Notes under the pieces: model-generated
What the model saw: only the letters and a program-made list of their open reading frames with translations
Told to the model about the DNA's origin: nothing
Database searches by the model: none
In this document: one piece after another, positions 57,904-64,000 of the stretch
How positions within the stretch are numbered: position 1 is the first letter of the stretch
Layout: the number at the start of each line of letters is the position of its first letter
Source of the DNA: Octopus vulgaris
Taxonomy: Eukaryota
Length of the DNA: 64,000 bases
Reading direction: 5' to 3'
NCBI GenBank assembly: GCA_951406725.2
Contig: OX597817.1
Location: 806,001 to 870,000, forward strand
Made by a program: the position numbers and the translations under genes

Positions 57904-58481
57904 TGACAACTCAATGGCATCGAAATCAATCGTTCATTCTGAAGAAACTATTCAAGGAAGACCTCCACAGGAACATACTGAAAACCACATTGATGCAGTT
58001 GTAACTTTTGTAACAGATCAAAATATACAAAACGATAACAATGAAAACATCCAGAAAGACAACACTGATTCGAAAAATTCTTGCAATGACAGAAAAGAAC
58101 AGGATATTAAAAGTCCGGAAAATAGTTACAAAAACAATAAATCGGAAGTTCAATCAGAGTCAGTTGACATGACAAATGAAATAACATTTGCCGAAATAGA
58201 CCAAGCAAATTCATCGTTTGAATCTAATTCTGGTGTAAATCTAAAAGAGAATGGAAACCTGCAATCTGGTGAGAGAAATATCGGCGCTAAAATACATTTC
58301 TACAAGAAAATTCAACAGCTCAAAGGTTCAAATAATGCAATGCATGTGAGTAATACTTCTCTAAAGACGGAGATTAGTAGAGAGGAGAAAGCAATCCATG
58401 ATTTACTAATGGGCAATATGCAAGTTGAATGTCTAAGTGAAGCTAAAATCGTACGAATATTTACCAGTAGTACATTCACAG
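57904..58481 (+). CDS. NWD1/NWD2-like protein, exon 2 (low-complexity linker and start of DUF4062)
   Basis: Open frame ...IHDLLMGNMQVECLSEAKIVRIFTSSTFT G|gtaaat, phase 1; VRIFxSSTFxD is the NWD/DUF4062 signature. Confidence 0.88.
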
Positions 58482-58573
58482 GTAAATGATAACATTTTTG
58501 ATTGGTAAAATAATAATTTTAGTATTTTAAATGATTGAGTTGTTGTTTTTCCTTAGTTATTGATGGTGTTGAG

Positions 58574-59259
58574 CAGTGGCGACATCTGTATAGGAACCGT
58601 GGAACTGCAGCACCCTCCTCTATTTCCACTCGATATTATCGATAACATTCAATATAATGAGTCCTTTTTTCTTTAATTCCTTCTTTATGCTTGTACATTA
58701 TGTAATCCTTAAGTTTAATGTCAGTAGCCATCCCCTAGTTTATGGAAAAATACAAAAATCCTTGTATAGAGCTGTGCGCTTCACAGCTCCAGTGACGCGG
58801 TGTTTGGCTGTTGTGCGCATGCTCACTTGTCCGAGATTGGAAGCTTCGCAGTAGGAAGAGAGAGCACTGCGTGAATGACAGTTCTGGGTGAAAGGTAGTG
58901 TTTCTTTTTGACTTCGCGTGTGTTGTGCTTAAAGCGTGTTTATATTCTTGAATGTGATAAATTAGATTATTATCCTTCTTCCAACTTCAATGTTGTTGTT
59001 AGGATTTGAAAAATAGGGCACATTTTTACCCCCTTATTTTGTCATTTGAGGGGATATTTGAAAAACAGGGAGGAATTCTCAGCGGTGTTCAGTGAACAAA
59101 TTAAACATACAACCCGGCGGTAGATAAAACGCGAACCGATCAAGTTTATGTATAAATCTTCTTTTTTATATGTTTGTTTCCTTTTACACAATATTAAAAC
59201 AACGGCTAAAATATTTCTGAAGCAGCACCTCCACTAATTTTATCTACGAGCTGCCACTG
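58574..59259. mobile_element. hAT-family non-autonomous element with perfect 8-bp TSD
   Basis: TSD gtgttgag at 58566-58573 and 59260-59267; TIR CAGTGGC...GCCACTG. Confidence 0.9.
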
Positions 59260-59512
59260 GTGTTGAGTAACCATAACTAAATACATCTGAGAACTCATTG
59301 CTGTTATGAGTAATGCCGAATGAATTCTTGGGAATGATCTCTACGCCCATAGTGGACCCTAACATGAGCAGCACCTCCACCAATTTTATCTACGAGCTGC
59401 CACTGGTGTTGAGTAACCATAAATAAATACATCTGAGAACTCATTGCTGTTATGAGTAATGCCGAATGAATTCTTGGGAATGATCTCTACGCCCATAGTG
59501 GACCCTAACATG
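59221..59512 (+). repeat. 146-bp tandem duplication spanning the right end of the hAT element and its flank
   Basis: Units 59221-59366 and 59367-59512 are nearly identical. Confidence 0.92.
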
Positions 59513-59937
59513 CACAGCACATCATAAAGTTGTGTGCGTGTGTGTGATATAAATACATAAACACACCCGTATACATAATATAGATATATAATACATATAA
59601 ATGTAAATATATATGTGCGCACGCACATCCACACACATATAGACATACACACATACATGTATACACACGCTGATATCCGCTCTTACAGTACACACTAATG
59701 ACACCCAACTTGCACACGCACACACATCCATATATACACGGAACGAAAAACACCGACACACACGTGCACACACACAGACTCCCTCTCTCTACCCCCTCTT
59801 TCTCTCTACCCCTTCTTTCTCCCTCCCTCTCTCTCTCTCTCGCATGCATGTGCACCATTTCTTCATCTGTTCTTTTAGAAAAAGAACAAACGCCCAAAAC
59901 ATCCCAGATAATCTTTTTTCTTGCCAGCGTTATACTA

Positions 59938-59975
<38 letters not shown>

Positions 59976-60136
59976 AAGCGTATGTGTGTATGTATGTGCG
60001 TGTGTGTATATATGTGCGTGTGTGTATTTGTGTGTGAGAGAGAGAAAGAAAGAGAGAGCCTGTGTGAGAGGGTTTAACTAAAACAATCAATTTTCCTTTA
60101 CAAACACGGTCTGAGTTTTCAATCTATATTCTATAG

Positions 60137-60339
60137 ATACCCAACACGAACGAAATTATTTAATGGAGAACGCTTACTGTAAACTGAAGACTTTCTGTCA
60201 GCAAAATGGCTACCAGTTTCAAGTTGTGGACATGCGTTGGGGTATTGGACAAGATGCTACCAATGACCACCTAACAACCGAGTTGTGTATGAAAGAGTTG
60301 AAACTATGTCAGAAACTTTCGACGGGACCAAATTTTGTG
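60137..60339 (+). CDS. NWD1/NWD2-like protein, exon 3 (DUF4062 core); gene continues downstream
   Basis: ctatag| acceptor completes the Asp codon; DTQHERNYLMENAYCKLKTFCQQNGYQFQVVDMRWGI..ATNDHLTTELCMKELKLCQKLSTGPNFV|gtgaat. Confidence 0.92.
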
Positions 60340-60697
60340 GTGAATATTTATTTCATAAAATCTTTTGTTTTGCTTTTCGTAATGTATCTGAGTGGAAGGG
60401 AAGTCACCGAAAGAATAAAGCATTGAATCACATTATCAAGGATGCTGAGTTCAAATCCACAGCAGGCGCCTCGTTTGTTTTCGAGATACAGTATATTATT
60501 ATACATTCCCGCATTTCAGCACTTTTGGAGAAAGTGTCTGCAGACGCGGTTGTGTAGTAAGAAACTTATTTCCCGACCTCATGGTTCCTGGTTCAGTCCC
60601 ACAGCGTGGTACCTTGGGCAAGCACTTTCTACTATAGCCTTAGACCGACTAAAGCCTTTTGAGTGGATTTATTAGACGGAAACTGAAAGAAACGCGT

Positions 60698-60734
<37 letters not shown>

Positions 60735-60738
<4 letters not shown>

Positions 60739-62704
60739 GTAGTAGTAACAGAAAAGAGGAATTTCGGTTGTCCCCACGTGGTGGATTGTAATGTATATAA
60801 GAAAATAAAAAAAGGAAAATACGCACACTTACATGGTTATAATATAATTTTTAATGTATCGACCGGTTTCGCAATCGCTATTCATGATATAATGTTTAAT
60901 TTATATGAATATATATTTTTTCTTAAGAAGAAATTTGTAATGAAGTTCACGAGTGAATGATTTTACAAGTTGACAAGGAAAGGGAGGTAATTAGTTGTTA
61001 TTATTGTTATTGTTGTGTGTAAGGGAGAGAACTGTTTAGGTTTTGGGTGGGGAATAAATACGTGTACAGACAATTATTTCCTATTTGATGACACATACTA
61101 TCGTCAGAAATGCGGAATTGCGATGGGGACGAAAGCAGCTCCTGTTCTTGCGAACCTAATAATGGGTTATTTTGAATTCACCTTATATGAAGTATCACTT
61201 CAGAAATATGGTTGCCCATTTTACATCTACATAAGAGAAAATTCGAAGCGATACCTGGATGACTGTTTTATCATTTGGAAGGAGAACATCGACAAACTTT
61301 TGGATTTCAAAACAACATTAAATGACATAAATAGTAACATTCAATTCACAATGGAATATAAAGAACAACTTTCATTTTTAGACATCATGATAAAAAAAGT
61401 CAACTGACATTTATTATAAACCAACTGACTCAAAACAATATCTTCTTTTCAACTCATGCCACCCGAAACACATAAAAATAAACATCCCTTTTAAACTTAG
61501 CAAAAAGGATCTGCACAATAGTGTCTGATAGAACAACTCGGGACCTTCGTCTTCAAGACCTCAAGACAACACTTATTGAAAGACAATATCCACCCTCTCT
61601 TATCGACGAGGGAATTAAACGTGCCAAACAATTAGACACAAAACACTAAGAACAACAAAACAGAGTACCACACCTCAAACCAAAACATTACTTTTTATAT
61701 CAACACACAACCCCAGAAACAGTGAGGCATTCAACACTATTGTGCAAACTCTCCCTTTACTAACTAGAGATCCAAAAATGAACGACATCCTGAAAACACA
61801 CAAACTCATCAAATGCAAGAAACAAGACAAATCGTTAAAGAGACTACTAACAAATGCGAAGCTTTACAAAACAACCACGAAACCAACGGTTGAAAAATAT
61901 GGACGCCCGAACTGTGTCACCTGCGCCAACCTGCTTGAAGGCTCGGATTTCCTTTTCAAACGAGGACAGAGGTTCAAAATTAAAACTAGTTTCACCTGTG
62001 CCTCTGAGAACCTAATTTATGTAATAACCTGCTCGGGTTGCAGTCATCAGTACATTGGACAAACGAGTTTAACTTTGAGGAAGAGAATCACTCTGCATAA
62101 GGAGCAAATCCGTTTCCCGCAATACAGACAAATTCCTCTTAGTGAACACATAGAAAAATGTGCAGGTAACAGCAAACCAAATTTTACAGTCTTCCCTTTC
62201 TACCAGTGCAAAGACACAATCTCTCAACTAGAACGCTTAAATAAAGAAACTTTTTTCATTGAAAAATACAAAACGCGTCTTAATATGCACGCATAGCTAA
62301 CTTTTATATTTTTACATATTACATCACTACTAAACAAGGTCCCTTTTTGTAAACCTGTCTCCTTTCTGTACACATATTTATTCCCCACCCAAAACCTAAA
62401 CAGTTATCTCCCTTACACACAACAATAACAATAATAACAACCAATTATCTCCCTTTACTTGTCAACTTGTAAAATCATTCACTCATGAATTTCATTACAA
62501 ACATGGACCAAATTTCTTCTTAAGAAAAAATATATATTCATATAAATTAAACATTATATCATGAATAGCGATTGCGAAACCGGTCGATACATTAAAAATT
62601 ATATTATAACCATGTAAGTGTGCGTACTTTCCTTTTTTTACTTTCTTATATACATTACAATTCACCATGTGGGGACAACCGAAATTCCCCTTTTCTTTTA
62701 CTAC

Positions 62705-62710
<6 letters not shown>
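60735..62710 (+). mobile_element. Penelope-like element, 5'-truncated: RT C-half, GIY-YIG and inverted pseudo-LTR
   Basis: NYFLFDDTYYRQKCGIAMGTKAAPVLANL, RYLDDCF, LSFLDIMI; LIYVITCSGCSHQYIGQTSLTLRKRITLHKEQI; 60735-61070 is the inverted copy of 62366-62710; (TA)n on both sides. Confidence 0.93.
62557..62589 (+). ncRNA. Minimal hammerhead ribozyme-like motif, A3-U8 core variant (identical inverted copy at 60857-60889, minus strand)
   Basis: TATC ATGAATA gc gatt gc GAAA ccgg TC GATA; stem I TATC/GATA, 2-bp stem II, palindromic ACCGGT stem III, GUC triplet. Confidence 0.7.
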
Positions 62711-62793
<83 letters not shown>

Positions 62794-64000
62794 TATATCT
62801 GTGTGTCTTTGTGCCATAGTTTGTCTCCCCCTCCACTGCTTAACAACTGGTGTTGGTATGTTTAAATTTCTGTAACTTAGCAAAAGAGACTAATAGAATA
62901 AGAATCAGACTCAAAAATAAGTACTGGGGTCGATTCGTTTGACTAAAAGTTCTCCAAAATGGTGCCACAGAATGACCGCAGTCTCATGACTGAAACAAGA
63001 AAAAGGTAATAGATAAAAGAAGGCTGATCATCCAGTGATACTCATACACACACACACGCACATTTATGTTTTGGAACGAAAGAAAATACTACTGAACACT
63101 TGGTATAGAGTTTATATTAATTGTGAAATAATTGGTGATTCACCCCACTGCAACTCAGGGTTTAACGCATGTTAAATACACATGTGATCCAGTCCGGTAA
63201 TATTTTATGGATAATTGAAGCTGCGTCTGTAATACACTAGTTAAGTTGATTCTCATTGGTCAAAGGCAGATCTCGTAGTAGAATATGTGGTAGGTCAGAA
63301 ATGTTGCTTGCTAGACTACTTGATGAAAAAGAAACCATCTGCTCCACACTCGAAGACATCATGAGGCAAATAGGTTCAAATATTAAAACTAGCGATATAA
63401 ATTAACTGGAGAAGAAATATTTTAAATGATGTCATAAACAGCTTCCACAGGTCTGGAAATCCAGAGCGGACCGATTCAAATCTACAGCCAAAGATCAACG
63501 AGCACCGTGAACGATTTGCCTCATGATATCTACGAGTGTGGACGAAATGGTTTCTCTTTCATCAAGCAGTTTAGCGAACATTTCTGACCTACCACATATT
63601 CGACTACGAGATCTGCCTTTGACCAATAAGAATCGACCTAACTAGTGTATTGCTTCAATTATTCATAAAATATGACCAAAGTTATTGATAGATATCAATT
63701 ATTTATAAAATATGACCAGAATTATTGATAGATACTTTCACTCCTGAAATGTCAAGTAGGTGACAGAAAATGTATCGACTTCGAACGGGGGAAAAAACGG
63801 AGGTTGTGCGTCCCTACTTTTCTTCTCGGGCAACAGGAGTGTAATTAAATTGCTACGATCGGGAATCGAGACCTGAGTTGCAAACACATACAAGTTACAT
63901 TATGTCCGTCATTACGTGTGACAAAACCTGGGCATGGCAACTGGATCCACTAGAAGTAGCAATCAACTTTCCCTCAAATTCCATCCAACCGTCTTGGAAA

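Larger units (their letters stand above)
60545..63005 (+). mobile_element. SINE family A split by a Penelope insertion (5' half 60545-60700, 3' half ~62790-63005)
   Basis: Head ...ggttcagtcccacagcgtggtaccttgggcaag...gacggaaactgaaagaa(TA)n; after the second (TA)n the tail resumes gtgtgtctttgtg...gtactggggtcgattcg...atgactgaaacaag. Confidence 0.8.

Noticed and set aside
59221-59512. Direct repeats as a possible CRISPR-like array
   Set aside because: Only two long units without spacers; eukaryotic context; a simple tandem duplication

Overview
Repeat-rich, AT-rich animal genomic DNA. The SINE families, the density of microsatellites and the element types point to an octopus (coleoid cephalopod); this is an inference. 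Three spliced host genes are on the + strand. (1) The last two coding exons of the mitochondrial ATP synthase inhibitor IF1 (575-2626). (2) A six-exon type II membrane DUF1647-family gene (15095-34162, ~486 aa) with a coiled-coil stem, a GC-AG intron and eroded family motifs. (3) The first three coding exons of an NWD1/NWD2-like NACHT-WD40 gene (56712-60339, continuing beyond the window) with an MGCSAS lipidation motif and a DUF4062 domain. The rest is mobile DNA: a near-intact 4-kb Dong/R4 retrotransposon in (TAA)n plus older relatives, Penelope-like elements with inverted pseudo-LTRs, RTE and CR1-like fragments, a truncated Gypsy element with LTR and PBS, Helitron-like non-autonomous elements (one tandem dimer), hAT and Tc1/mariner remnants and MITEs, and many tRNA-derived SINEs. 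The strongest unusual signal is a set of nine hammerhead-ribozyme-like motifs in or beside Penelope remnants. One has a perfect core with a very long stem II. Two different elements carry compensatory changes of the C3-G8 core pair (A3-U8 and U3-A8).
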